A stretch of 64,000 nucleotides of DNA from Psammoneis japonica (taxonomy: Eukaryota). The stretch spans positions 62,001 through 126,000 of the forward strand of contig QPGO01000071.1 of the NCBI GenBank assembly GCA_008632985.1. Direction: 5' to 3'. Positions 37,015 through 49,978 of the stretch are shown here, piece after piece; within the stretch, counting starts at the first letter, position 1, and every line of letters starts with the position of its first letter. A program made the position numbers and the translations under genes. The notes beneath the pieces were generated by a model. It did not search any database. It was not told where the DNA came from and saw nothing but the letters and a program-made list of their open reading frames with translations.

Positions 37015-40000
37015 GGGCTTCCTGTGGGCCTCTGCCAAGGTGAAGCTGCACCCTGTCAACAAAAAAAGCAGCACCCTCACTTGGATTGGACAGCTCAGGT
37101 GACAATGCAGAGCACTCTTCATTGGATCCCAATGCATGAGATTTGTCAGCACCTGGAAGCATTTTGTGCACAGAGACATCTTTGTCTTTTTCTTTGGACA
37201 GAGATCTGTCTTGGTCACAGTCATTGTCATCTGATCCATGAGATGCATTGTCCTGCAAATCCATGTCAGGAAAATCACATGAGCCTCATGCCGCATTGCT
37301 GGGAGATTCAACCAAGATGACAGCAAGGGTGCACATGGGGGAGCCAGTGCCAGCAATGATGACAGGAGTGTCGCGGGAGGTGCCAACACCTGCGGTGTGC
37401 ACCTCACAGGATGATGATGACCAGTTCTCATGCTCCCTTTGGTGACTGAGAAGCGACACTGAGGCTTGGGACAGTTTGCCCAAATCAGACAAAGATGCAT
37501 CCACACAACCAATGGTGTTGGACCTGTGGCAACAATGGTGATGACAAATCTCATGTGTTGAGATCCAAATGGGGGGGNNNNNNNNNNNNNNNNNNNNNNN
37601 NNNNNNNNNNNNNNNNNNNNNNNNNNNNNNNNNNNNGTTGAGGGCAACTGTGCTGATTCATTTGAAATTGGTTTGCCGAGTGAGCATGGGTCGTGACTTT
37701 AAAAAATGTGGTTCACCATGGGACAAGCAGACAGAGCAAAGGCAACATCATGGTTGTTTGTCACCCCTGAAATGCACACATTCAGTGATGCACAAATGCA
37801 CTGCATTTGAAACTTGGGCGAGGTTGTTCGAATGGAACATGTTTCAAAATCAGAGGATGAAGAATGCAGACAAATCTTTTTTTTTTGCATTGGCTGGAAG
37901 AAGAAAAGGAAATAAAAGGCAACCTGATTTGTGATGGTCAACCTGGCAACACCACACACACAACCATCAGCAGAGCTTTGCAAAAGCATGCTGCACAACA
38001 AACAACAAAGAAAGCATGACAACTGTGGTGCAGAGGCAAATCAACACAGCTGAGAGAATGGCTGATGATGACAAGGTGGGTGGCAACATCATCAAGGTGA
38101 GAGACCATGTCAAAGAAAAGGTGTTTCTCAGCATCACATGTGTGTTTCATGCAAGGCAGCCAGAGGAAACAGGCATGTTGTGTGCAAAGACTTTGCCCAG
38201 AACTGTGAGCCAATGCTGGTGGATGGCACGCTTTTAGAGCTTCCAGAGGTGCAACAAATTTCATGCCTGCATTTCCTGTGGATGAAGATGAGACAAGCCA
38301 GGTTGCATCAGCCAGGAGCAGCTGGCAATGAAGTGATCAAATGCTCATCAGGCTCAGCAGGACAGGTTCTTTCATGGCAAGTGTGTCTGGTCAATGTTGA
38401 CAAATGAGGAGAAACACCTTGTTGTCATGTCATCCCCAGCTGTGCAGCACTTTGTGCTTGCTGCAAGAAGAACAGCTGCACATCTTGCTGTCACCAAAAC
38501 AATTCCAGGGTCATTTGTCATGCCCAACATTGCATGTGGTGCTCTGTGGCTGCCCTGTTGCAACCTGTTGCAAGACAAAATTGTTTGAAGAAGAGCCTCT
38601 CTGATGACATGAGGATGTGCACGTCATGTGCCAAAGCATTTGCACACATGCTTCTCAAGAACAACTTTGATGTGTGGTGTGCAGAGCACAAGAGCAACAA
38701 CACACCAGACAGCACTTTGAGGTCAGACTGTGACATGGAGGTCAAGAACAAAGGAAACCCAACTGGAAGGGCGGACTTGTGTGAAAGCATCCCACCATGA
38801 CCAGCCATTGCAGAGGAGCACAAGAGGATGCAAACAACAAATTGAGCATGTTCACCTTGTTGAAGAGAGACCCAGAAGAGCAGATGGAACAAGGAATGGT
38901 GCAGGAGCCAGTGGACTAGCTCAAGAGTGATGGGTGAAGAGGATGATGCTGCAATCTTGGGAGGGAAAGTCTGGCACTGAGCAAGAAGCTCCACACAGGT
39001 GTTGTTGGATGGTTTCCGTCAATTTGATGCAGACAAATCTGGCAGCTTGACCAAGAGGGAGTTTCTGAAACTGGTTTCTGGAATTGATTAAAAACTTCAA
39101 CAGTCACACCAACCAACCCCCTGGCTCCCACCTCATTGGACAGTGCTCAAGCGCAGCATTTGGTGCAGTGGATGGACACCCTCTAGAACCCAAAGTGGGT
39201 GCCAGCATGCATCGCCATGCCAGAAAAGATTTGTCCTCTGCTGCTGTGAAAGGAAACTGGTGGCAGCGCGCTTGCATTTGGCGTGCAGTGCACCCTCCAA
39301 TGTGCACCTGTGAATGCATGCAGGTGTTGTCATGGGTGAGAAAAAAGCATCTGAATTAATGCCTTCAGTGAAAAGAACATTGTGCTGCTCACCGAATTGT
39401 TCGGAAAAGACAAGTTCATTGCATCGTGACGTGACAAAGAGGAAAACACATGGACCAGCCATTGTGCAAGGAGTGCCACTGCTGCAATGCTTGTCATGAT
39501 CCTCTCCACTTGCCACAAACAGAAAAAGATGCGCAACACGATTGCGCACTGCCTTGCTGCAAACAACGAACAAGTGCTGTGGCAGGATGGAGGCTGCGAA
39601 CGCTGTGAGACTGACGATCCCCGTCAAGCGCAAGCCCTCGGCACTTTCATGAGTGTCTCTCTGATGATCCATGACTTTTTTGGATGAAACATTTGCCATG
39701 GGATCATTGCTTTGTCCTTTTCGTAATCTGCAAGCCTCCATTTCCGCTTCCTTGAAGTTGATGTCATCACTGTTGAGAGAATTGCACTTTTGCTTCAACA
39801 CAAAGTCAGTGTGCTCTCCTTGATGAGTGCAAAACAGGCATTTTGTGCACAAAGCATTGTTCCATTGCACTTGCAGCATTCAAAACCTGGCATTTCCGTT
39901 GCCGCAGGCTCATCATGTCGAGGATGCTGGACATCAGACGACCAACGCAATGATCTCAAAGAGTGACTTTTTTTTCCTTCCACGGCCAATCATTTCAAAC

Positions 40001-40377
40001 CAACGAGATTTGAATGAACACTTTGTAGAGTGTTAGACAAGACTGCCAAGTGTGAAGCTTCAGATCATTGCAGTCACAGAGTGGCAGGCCTCCAAGTTTG
40101 ATGCGCCATTGCGGACAGCCGACAGGCAGCGTGTTTTTGTTTTTTGTGTGTTTTGGCAGGTTTTTGGAATTTTTTTGAAGATTGACAAATCACCGGACGA
40201 CGGCCAGCACATGGTGGCGAATTTCAGACCGTCAGCGTTCCCGCAGTTCACAGATTCACTGAGCGATTGCAGATGAATGAACAGCTCGACCTTGGAAGCT
40301 GTGAAGCTGCGTTGTCATCCCAACCGCTTTGACAGCTCACCCCGACCTTGTGCCACAACAAGCTCTGTTTCTTTACA

Positions 40378-40704
40378 ATGAACGACGATGCGAACGATCG
40401 CTTTCGGTTCGGCTCTCGCGAAGGACTCGATCGGCCTGACCTTCGAAACAAGATCAACGACATCCTTTTGCATGACTGGGATCCCATCGGCGCAATGGGC
40501 TTTTTCGATGACGTTGACTGTGGTGCCGTTCGAGATGAGCACCGGGATCATGTCCCCGACGTCTTGCGCTTGTTGCAAAGCAGAGGGAACGAGCAGCAGA
40601 TGTGTGAGCTGCTGCACCAAATTGGAAAGGACTGGTGGAGAGAGGATGCACAACCGGAAGACCACACGGTGGTGGCACAAAAGCTTGTTGCATTGATGGA
40701 GTGA
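40378..40704 (+). pseudogene. Small WDPIG...DEY-type protein gene with Tyr codons apparently converted to His/Cys
   Basis: ILLHDWDPIG...RDEHRDHVPDVLRLL resembles a WDPIGV...DEYDxY motif I recall from small bacterial-type hypothetical proteins; no Tyr and no TpA in the ORF. Confidence 0.55.
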
Positions 40705-43013
40705 GGTCAAGAACGTCATGTCCCGGAGAAGTGCGCCAGCAAAAACATGGGTTTGTCACACAGTGGCATGGTGTTTCGGCACGAGCATGTGATTTCTTTT
40801 CGCACACTTTGTTTTCGTTGCTTTGGTTGCACACAGCGATTCGTGAAACAAAGTCGTAAACCATGCCGTTCCGTGCAGCTTTGTCTCAGTGGTTTTTCTT
40901 GTGTTGGATTACAGTCACAGCAGCATGCCCGAAACAACCCGGCAATGTGTGCTTGACAACTCCAAAAATGCCCTTGCTGGAACAAACCACCACGACGCTG
41001 CAAAAACCTCGTCCTTCGCAGCACCAGCAGCGTCTGTTTCGTCGATTGTTGCCTCGATGGGGTTTGGTGGCAACCAGCAGTCGTGCAAAGACACAATTGC
41101 ATGTGTCGTGAAAAATGCAATGTCCCGCATCATGCTGCGTTTGCTTTTCTCCTCTCCATTTTCTGGGAACACCACAGCAACATTCGCAAGGGACTGGAAG
41201 CCAAGAGAAAAAGTGCAATCATGGCCACCAATGGCAGCCACAATGGCCATCCTATCCAGAGAACTGGAAAAACTGGAAGCCTCAGCAAAGCAAGCAGCAA
41301 CAATCATTGCTCAGAGGGCAAGCATGAGCCAGTCACCCTGAAAACTCGTTGACATGTCGTGCACAGTTTCTCAAGAACTGGGCACCGCATTCATGGATGA
41401 TGGTGCTGCTGTGAAATGTCTGGGGCTGGCTTCCACTGTTTCCAACAAGGCCTTGACTTTGGGCTTCAAATTCTGACAGAAAATTGAAAAACAGATGAAG
41501 CCAGCTGCCAGCACATGTGCACTGGCCAGGTTCATCAGATTGCCCTGACATTGTGGGCAACCTGTGGCCGCTCCAGACTGCCAAGGCAAATGTGCGAGCG
41601 TTGCAGCAAGAGACCTTGCAAGATTTCCTTTTGGTGATGTTGAATTGCCCGCTTGACAGTTGTTGGCAACAGGGGCACAGTTGAAAGTGGATCACCAGTC
41701 TTTTCCTTTTTCTTTGTCAAACTTTTGGCTGGCACCTTGGCAAGCAGTGAAAAAGTGAAGGCAGCTTGTCAAGCCCCTGGGTTGTCACAGATGTTGCTTT
41801 CACTGTCATGATGGACAAACACAGAAACAAGGTTTTGGTGCTTTGCAGTGGTGTTGGCTTGCCAGATGATCTGTGGAGTGACGTTGAGGTTGTCATGATG
41901 TGGCGAAAATTGATCTTGTCCATCCTTGGTTGCCAGATGTTCCACTGCTGGCCATGATGAACAAAGCCAGAAACAATGATTTCATTCCTTGCAGCAGTGC
42001 TGAGCTTGCCATGTTTCTACAGAGGGTGGCTCAATTTGTCATGATGATGACAGCTCTTGTTGATCTGTGCACATGTTTGCTTTGTTGTGAGCGCAGCAAT
42101 GAAGATTCCATGTGGCTCTTTTTGAAAGAGCCATGCCATGGAGGAGAAGCAAACAATCTGAGCAAGCCTGGTGCCTGTCTCTGCATCATCTGTCTGATGC
42201 ATTGTGTGTGCACAGGTGCACATTGTTGGATGTGTGAGGTTGCCACAGAGGGGCCTCGCTGTCTGCCAAAGAGCACAGCATCACTGGCTCTGGTGTTGGC
42301 ACCTCCTTTAGATCTTCTCACAACTTTGTTTCATGCAAGCTCTTGAGGGCAGCAGCATGAGTGTGTTGAAGGCAGGAGGGAAACTGCAATGAGGATGGCA
42401 ACCATGGCACAGCAATTTTAAAAGTGGCAGCCAGCCAGAGTTGAGGGACCCCAAGGTGTCACAGTGGTGGACCCAGGGTGTGGGAGAGGTCAGGGCAGCA
42501 GCACCAGCAATGAAGGATCCACATCACATGCTGGCCACAAAGCCATGGTCATCAGCCATGGTTGTCATGAGGGTTTGAATGGGGAGGCACAATGAAAGAT
42601 CAAACATCTTGAGAACATCCAATGAATGAACCAGCTGTGCGCCCCTGATGCCCAGAACAAAGGACAGTCCGACCCAAATCTGGCTGGACAAGAGAGGCTT
42701 AGATCAGTCACTTTGAGCATTCCATGACTGACTCCTTCTGTTGTCACACTTGTTGGACGTGCAGCTCTGCCTCTGCCACAACAATCAAATCGAGTCTGCA
42801 ATGCAAAGAAGAAATCTTTCTTCGCAACAGATCTTGAGGAACTGCAGTTTCTACTGCAAGAAAGTTGCACTGCGCGCTCACGGTTTTTTTTGGGGGGGGG
42901 GGGGGGGGGAGGCCCAGTAGCAGCTCTACTCTGGAAGAGCAGTCCACGTCGCTGCTTACAGGAAAAAGTGCAACTCGATAAGTCTGCATTGATAGACATT
43001 TCTAGAAAATCCT

Positions 43014-43979
43014 CTAGTCTGACTTTTTATCACCCACTTGTTCGTCTTCGCCGTAACCAGAACCAAGATATTCTTCTTCGGGTAGACGCAGTTCCTCCAG
43101 ACGAAGCGATCCTCCTTCTTCAATGATGTCGAGCTGCTCTTGGTACTTGATACGATACTGTTCATGGATAGGGATATCCGCCGACTTTGCAAGCATGGTT
43201 TTCTCGACGAGGATTTCCGACAATTGATCCGGAGACAACTCGTATTCAAGGGTTCGTTCCTCAATGCGCTCGTCACCAATGGCTCCCGTGTACATGATAA
43301 TTCTGCCAACGGCCGAGTAGGTCGAAGTAATGTGAAAGAAAAAGATTGTAAAAGCCACAGTAATTGGTAACGCCACTTGCCAGGCAGCCAAGACGTAGAA
43401 GAAGAGGTTGATCCAAATGTAGTAAATGTAAACGCTTAACATTCCAAGACGAACGGGAAGGGCCACGGCGTAGATAAAAATAGAACTTCTCAAGAGGAGA
43501 TGAGCGTTCTTTTCACTAATTTTGACCATGAGAGCCCATGCCGTCAGAATAGCCAACAAAGAAAGGAGAGAGACAATTGTTCCAAGGCAGAGAAACAAAC
43601 CTGCCCAAAATGCAACGGTATCAATGTCTCTTGTTTCCAAGGCCGTGCGAGCCTTTTCGGTTGGACGAGACGGACTAAACAAAACGGAGAGCTGGGAACC
43701 GAGCAAAAGCGTCATCATTGTGGAAAGCGATGCAAAGCGACTAGTAAAGAGCGAAATAATCTCTTTTCCATTTGATTTTCCATAAAGGATGTGCAACCTC
43801 CATTTGTCGGTCAATTCCACGCCGTAGAACGTATCCGCAACACGTTCGAGGGTCTGAAATAGATAGCCACTCCAGGCATGTCGTGCCCCATGAGGCGGTT
43901 CCTCGGTATCAGGGTCCAACATGCTGGCCCGATGCGAACGCGACGACACATGGTTCGCAGATGTCATTGCGCCGTACAT
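43014..43979 (-). CDS. Multi-pass membrane protein of unknown family, copy 1
   Basis: About 321 aa from MYGAM; 4-5 hydrophobic helices and an acidic tail; paralog adjacent. Confidence 0.8.
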   Translation of the reverse strand: MYGAMTSANHVSSRSHRASMLDPDTEEPPHGARHAWSGYLFQTLERVADTFYGVELTDKWRLHILYGKSNGKEIISLFTSRFASLSTMMTLLLGSQLSVLFSPSRPTEKARTALETRDIDTVAFWAGLFLCLGTIVSLLSLLAILTAWALMVKISEKNAHLLLRSSIFIYAVALPVRLGMLSVYIYYIWINLFFYVLAAWQVALPITVAFTIFFFHITSTYSAVGRIIMYTGAIGDERIEERTLEYELSPDQLSEILVEKTMLAKSADIPIHEQYRIKYQEQLDIIEEGGSLRLEELRLPEEEYLGSGYGEDEQVGDKKSD

Positions 43980-44810
43980 TGTCTGGATGCAAGAACGACG
44001 AGAGCAAAAGATATTCACAATAGGACACCATCAAAACGATGCGCAGATTCATGGGAAAAGTCAAAACAGTGTGCTTCATGATATGGGTGAATCCCGCTCC
44101 AGGGTGAGTCCGTTCATGTGCAAGACTGAAAAATCTTGAATGACAAGAATGAACTGAAATTTACTTGAAGTTCGCGAGTTTTGGTGGCGACTTTCAGTCG
44201 TGCAACGACAATGGTGTAAATACCGGTATCTGCTCTTTCGAAAACCAATATTCAAATTTTATCTCGGGAGTGTTTTTTACGCACTTTGTATTCTGGCACT
44301 GCAGCAGTGAATAACGCCTGGGGCCGTCGAAATCGGAGGAGTGGCGGCAGGGCCGCAGTTGCAGGCCCCATGCACGATTTTATAGGAGGCCCTGTCACAG
44401 CAGCAATTGACACATTGGACCAGGTCCCGGTGTTGCGGGCTCGGCTACCGTACACACGGATCACTTTGAGCCCTCTATGACTATATGGCTTGTTCTGTTG
44501 TTATTAATACGTCATTGTTGGAGGCGTGGCGCTCTCTGCCTCTACAACAGCCATCAAATTGAGTCTGCACAAAATGCACAAGAAGAAATCTTTCTTTGGT
44601 GGATATACTGAGGAACTCCTGCAAGAAAGTTGGACTACGCACCCGCGGTGTCTTTTTTATGGGGGGTTGTGGAAGATCAAAGAGAGACAGGATTTGTTTT
44701 GGCATTTTTGTCCGTCCACGTCGCTGCATTTTTTACTCCTATGTAGGAAAAACTAGAGCTGACCATTTAAAAATTTATAGCAGACAACGGTTAGATATTT
44801 CTAAAAAATC

Positions 44811-45777
44811 CTAGTCTGACTTTTTATCACCCACTTCTTCGTCTTCGCCGTAATCGGAACCAAGATATTCTTCTTCGGGTAGACGCAGTTCCTCGAGACG
44901 AAGCGATCCTCCTTCATCAATAATATCGAGCTGCTCTTGGTACTTGATACGGTACTGTTCATGAATGGGGATATCCGCCGCCTTGGCAAGCATGGTTTTC
45001 TCGACAAGAATTTCAGACAATTGGTCCGGAGACAGCTCGTATTCCACGGTTCGTTCCTCAATGCGCTCGTCACCCATGGCTCCCGAGTGCATGATAATTC
45101 TGCCCACGGCCGAGTAGGTTGTAGAAATGTGAAAGAAAAAGATTGTAAAAATCACCGTTATGGGTAACGCCACTTGCCATGCAGCCAAAACGTAGAAGAA
45201 GAGGTTGATCCAAATGTAGTAAAGGTAGACGCTTAAAATCGCAAGTCGAACGGGAAGGGCGGCGGCGTAGATAAGAACAGAACTTCTCAAGAGGAGATGA
45301 GAATTCTTTTCGCTAATGACAATCATGAGAGACCATGCCGTCAAAATAGCCAACAACGTAAGGACAGAGATGACTGTTCCGAGGCAGAGAAACAAACCTG
45401 CCCAGAACGCAACGGTATCAATGTCTCTTGTTTCCAAGGCCGTGCGTGCTTTTTCGGTTGGACGAGACGGACTAAACAAAACAGACAGTTGGGAACCGAG
45501 CAACAGAGTCGTCATGGTGGAAAGCGATGCAAAGCGTTGAGTAAAGAGTGCAGATAAGCTCTTTTCCATTGGATTTTCCATAAACAATGTGTAATCTCCA
45601 TTTATCGGTCAATTCCACGCCCCAGATCGTATCGCCAACACGTTCGAGGGTCTGAAACAGATAGCCACTCCAGGCATGTCGTGCTCCATGAGGCGGTTCC
45701 TCTGTATCAGGTTCCAACATACTGCCCCGATGTGAACGAGACGACACATTTTTCGAAGACGCCATTGCGCCGTACAT
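44811..45777 (-). CDS. Multi-pass membrane protein, copy 2 (1-bp frameshift near 45550)
   Basis: ORFs 45472-45852 and 44811-45587 together are collinear with copy 1. Confidence 0.8.
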
Positions 45778-46152
45778 TGTCTGGATACAAGAACGAAGAG
45801 AGCAGAAGATGTTTACAGTACATAGAGTTGCACCATCAAAAAACGAAAACATGTCTCATCTCTCATCTTCAATCTTCAGGATCGCGGTGCGCATTTTTTT
45901 GGAGTTTAACCGACACCTCCGGGTTTGCTTATGTCATCATTACGTCACGATGTCATGTCGTCTCTAAGTATCTTTTTTGCGCAAAATCTGCGCATCACTC
46001 ATCCAACTGCTCATGTCACGCACATCACAACGCGACGATGCTTCCTGCCTGATTGCATCCATCCACAATCCACAACTTCGCGGTAGTCAAAAACGGCCTT
46101 GTGTGTATCCTTTGCGCTCTGGATAGTGTGTCTCATATATCTCACTAAAACC

Positions 46153-47298
46153 ATGTTGTCGACTCGAATGTCTCGTATGGCTGTTCGCCACCACCCTCGT
46201 TTCATGCGTCGTCCTTCTCCTCGCATGCTTTCCACGGCTACGACTGCTTCGTCATCATCAAGTCGCACTACTACGAGTGCAGCAACAGCAGTGGCGGCTG
46301 CAACGCTCCTTGCCACTACCGTAGCGGTGCAACACAACAACAACAAGACCCTTCTTGAGGCTGTACCCACCAGTGGGGATGTTCTCATGTATGCACCCAT
46401 CAAGGAGCCGTCGACCGGTATTATGTTTCCTGTAAGCGAGTGTGCTTCTGTGCTCGAATAGATTTTAACGCGTATCTTTGCTCAAGTTCTTGTTTTGCTG
46501 CTACTATAGGGGCTCTGCAATGGACTCACCTTTGTGGGATGCGGTGTTCGTGTCAAGTACGGCTTCGTCAAGGTATGTCGATATTAGAATGAGTGTGAGA
46601 CTTGCCATGAGAAAAGACAGAGCGTGTTTGTTTCATGAAGTTGCATACTGCATTCGGTGTTATCCGATGCTTGCTTGTGCATGGTGTGCTTGGTTGTCTG
46701 ACGTATCACCTTACACTCGTATAAAATCGTTTTTTTTATTCGATTTAGGTTTACGCAGTTGGAACGTACATGGATCCTCTCGCCATGTCTGCCATCAAGG
46801 GCATGGGTGAAAAAGCCATTCAAGAGGCTCTGTTGGATCCCATGTATCCCCGTACGATCCGCATCGTCATGGCCCGTAATCTGTCTATTGAAAAGTACAC
46901 GGCAGCCATTGTGGAAGCCCTCGAGCCTCGTATGAATGGGCAAGACCTGGACAAGTGAGTGTTGAGTGTGTGAAAGAACTTTCGTAGCCCCATCATGAGT
47001 CGCACTTTTTTTGTGTCACTCAAAACACTCACTCTGTTTTTGCGCCACTTTCTTTTTTTTAAATTTCAGATTGGAAGAATTCAAAAAGCTCAACCCTCCC
47101 GTGGACTTGATTCAGGGTGCCGAAATGGAAATGACGATTCGTGGTGATGTCATGCTGTACCGAAACAGTGCCGGTGGTGTGGGACAAATCAAATCCGATG
47201 TCTTTTGCCGTGCCCTGTGCGATGTCTATTATGGAAACGATGCGGTTTCTCCTCCTCACAAAAAGGCAGTCTTGGAGGGGATTCCAAACATGAAATAA
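46153..47298 (+). CDS. Chalcone-isomerase-fold (FAP-like) protein with mitochondrial-type presequence
   Basis: Introns 46432-46509, 46573-46748 and 46955-47069 give EPSTGIMFP..GCGVRVKYGFVKVYAVGTY...CRALCDVYYGNDAVSP. Confidence 0.88.
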
Positions 47299-47743
47299 TA
47301 GTCAAAGTAGAGCCAGTGATTATTGTGTAGGATCAAGAGAATGCAATGTTTACGAAAGCTGGTTAAGGTTGACGCGACTTGCCTTATTAGAGCTTTACCT
47401 GCTTTACCTCTTTTTTTTATAGAACTTTGTTGCGCACCAAATAATTCATGAGCGAAAACGATTCGCCATTCGTCGTCATACCATAGTTGTCGTTGTCTAC
47501 TTATCGATTCTGCTTTGTCACTCTTTCTCTTGCCGATTCCGATGACCTCATCCAGAAGAAAAAGTTGTCATAGCTAATTCCTTCCTCTGCCGCGTTATTT
47601 TGTTTGCTGCACGGATAATACACTAAATTCCTAGAGAATGTCTATTGTGAACAAGCGGGAAAAAGAGCATGAACACAGTTCTTAACAGTTACATAGTTGC
47701 CTACCGGTTGTAAACAGCACCCCCTTGGCCCAGATTTTTCCCT

Positions 47744-49978
47744 TTAGTAGTGGTGATAAGGAACGGCGGGCCCACTACTTGTATAAAGGGAGTATGCGGG
47801 GAGTTTTAATGTGAAGCTTCCAACATAAAAAGCTGTGTCGTCAAAGATATCGAACGGTGCTTCTGCATCGTCCCGTAGCACTGGCGAGAGCTGGACTTGT
47901 CCAAAAGCTCCGCTGAACTCGTTTGTGCCACCCGTAATGCCGAGGTATCCGCCAATTTCATCATAGATTTCACCAGCAGCATTGAAGCTATTTCCCGTTT
48001 CATCATTGTACGTGAATTCACACCGTCCACCACCTGGAAATTCGTTGGAGCCATCGTTGTATTGCAATCGGAGGCAGTCACCAGTTATCGAACCAATGCT
48101 GTTGTTGTTGTATCAAAAAGGGACGAGTTGGCAAAGATGAAGAGCACGCCAACTTCTGTTGTAGATTCGATACCATTGGCTAAGTTTAGAGCGAAGTAGG
48201 GTGGCTAGCAAGCAAATAAGACGGATTGTGAGACCTTCATACTGTCATTTACTGTTGTTTGGAAAATATTACCAGGTACAAAGAAAGATAACTCACCTGA
48301 ATAAACTCCATCTCAATCTTGCGAACACTGACTCCGCCATACTCCTCTTCATACTCATACTCATAGTGGTAGTCATAATCTTTGTGGTAGTCGTAGCCGT
48401 ATCGTAGCCGTCGTCCTTGTACTCATGTCCAGAACCGGAACCACCCTTCTTGCCACCTGAACCACCTTTGCCACCCTTCTTGCCCGATGAACCCTTGCCT
48501 TCATATCCATCATCATATCCGTAGTCATGGTAATCGTACCCTTTACCCTTGGCATACTCGTACCCCTTCCCTTTGGCATATTCGTATCCTTTACCCTTGG
48601 CATACTCGTATCCTTTTCCTCCGTAACCTTTGCCTTCATAGCCTTTGCCCTTGGCGTACTCGTATCCTCCGTAACCTTTGCCCTTGGCGGACACGTATCC
48701 TTTCCCTTCATATCCTTTACCCTCATATCCTTTACCCACAGAGTACTCGTATCCTTTTCCTTCATATCCTTTACCCTTTGCGTACTCGTAACCCTTGCCT
48801 CCATATCCTGTACCCTTGGCGTACTCGTATCCTTTTCCTTCGTATCCCTTGGCGGGCGCGTATCCTTTTCCTTCGTAACCTTTTGCTTCATATCCTTTGC
48901 CCTTGGCGTACTCGTAACCCTTGCCTTCATATCCTGCACCCTTGGCGTACTCGTATCCTTTTCCTTCGTATCCCTTGGCGGACACGTATCCTTTTCCTTC
49001 GTAACCTTTTGCTTCATATCCTTTACCCTTGGCGTACTCGTATCCTTTTCCTTCGTATCCCTTGGCGGACACGTATCCTTTTCCTTCGTATCCTTTTGCT
49101 TCATATCCTTTGCCCTTGGCGTACTCGTAGCCCTTGCCTTCGTAGCCCTTGCCCTCGTATCCTTTTCCTTCGTAACCTTTTGCTTCATATCCTTTGCCCT
49201 TGGCGTACTCGTAGCCCTTGCCTTCGTATCCTTTGCCCTTGGCATACTCGTATCCTTTTCCTTCGTAACCTTTTGCTTCATAGCCTTTGCCCTTGGCGTA
49301 CTCGTAGCCCTTGCCTTCGTATCCTTTGCCCTCATAGCCCTTGCCTTTAGCAAGCTCGTAACCCTTGCCTTCGTATCCCTTTCCTTTGGCGTACTCGTAG
49401 CCCTTGCCTTCGTATCCTTTGCCCTTGGCATACTCGTATCCTGTGCTTTCATAGCCTTTGCCTTTAGCAAGCTCGTAACCCTTGCCTTCATAACCTTTGG
49501 CATACTCGTAACCCTTGCCTTCATAACCTTTGGCATACTCGTAACCCTTGCCTTCATAGCCCTTTCCTTCATATCCTTTACCCTTCGCGTATTCATACCC
49601 ATTGCCCTTGGCGTACTCGTAGCCCTTGCCTTTTCCAACATCACCGTATCCGTCGTAACCTTTGCCTTCATAGCCCTTTCCTTTGGCATACTCGTAGTAC
49701 TTTCCGTCATACCCTTTACCCTTGGCGTATTCATACGCCTTGCCCTTAGCATACTCGTAGCCCTTGCCTTTTCCTTCGTAATAACCTTCATCATAACCAC
49801 CGTAATCGTTATAGTGCTTAGCGTCTGAGCTGGACCCTTTCTTTCCAAGGGAACGGCGGCCTTGTTCGGGTTCTTCAATTGTGGCTGAATCACTTACTTT
49901 CGCATCATCCAAAGCCACGCAGGCTGTGATGCTTGCTACAATAATAGCAGCTCCAGCGAATCTTGACGCAATCTTCAT
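47744..49978 (-). CDS. Secreted Tyr/Lys/Gly-repeat (GKGYE) protein with C-terminal dirigent/AOC-like domain (intron about 48205-48296, frameshifts)
   Basis: Signal peptide, RRSL site, dozens of KGY units, then GYLGITGGTNEFSGAFGQV in ORF 47744-48067. Confidence 0.75.
48490..49790. repeat. Coding minisatellite of 15-21 bp units (GKGYE / YAKGKGYE)
   Basis: Repeated cccttggcgtactcgta and ccttgccttc units. Confidence 0.95.

Larger units (their letters stand above)
34650..42950. other. Hypermutated island 3: mosaic of decayed gene fragments, with an N gap at 37578-37636
   Basis: TpA almost absent throughout; CpG depleted except about 39500-41200; many overlapping Cys/His/Met/Trp-rich ORFs lacking Tyr. 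Confidence 0.92.

Noticed and set aside
39500..39620. A32-like packaging ATPase relic (KAVRNRVAHLFLF)
   Set aside because: Only a weak resemblance; no Walker A/B recognised upstream.
48490..49790. CRISPR-like array
   Set aside because: No unique spacers; in-frame coding repeat in a eukaryotic gene.
48373..49893. Alternative-frame ORFs of 506, 433 and 287 aa over the GKGYE array
   Set aside because: Shadow frames of a coding minisatellite; only the 49978 frame has a signal peptide.
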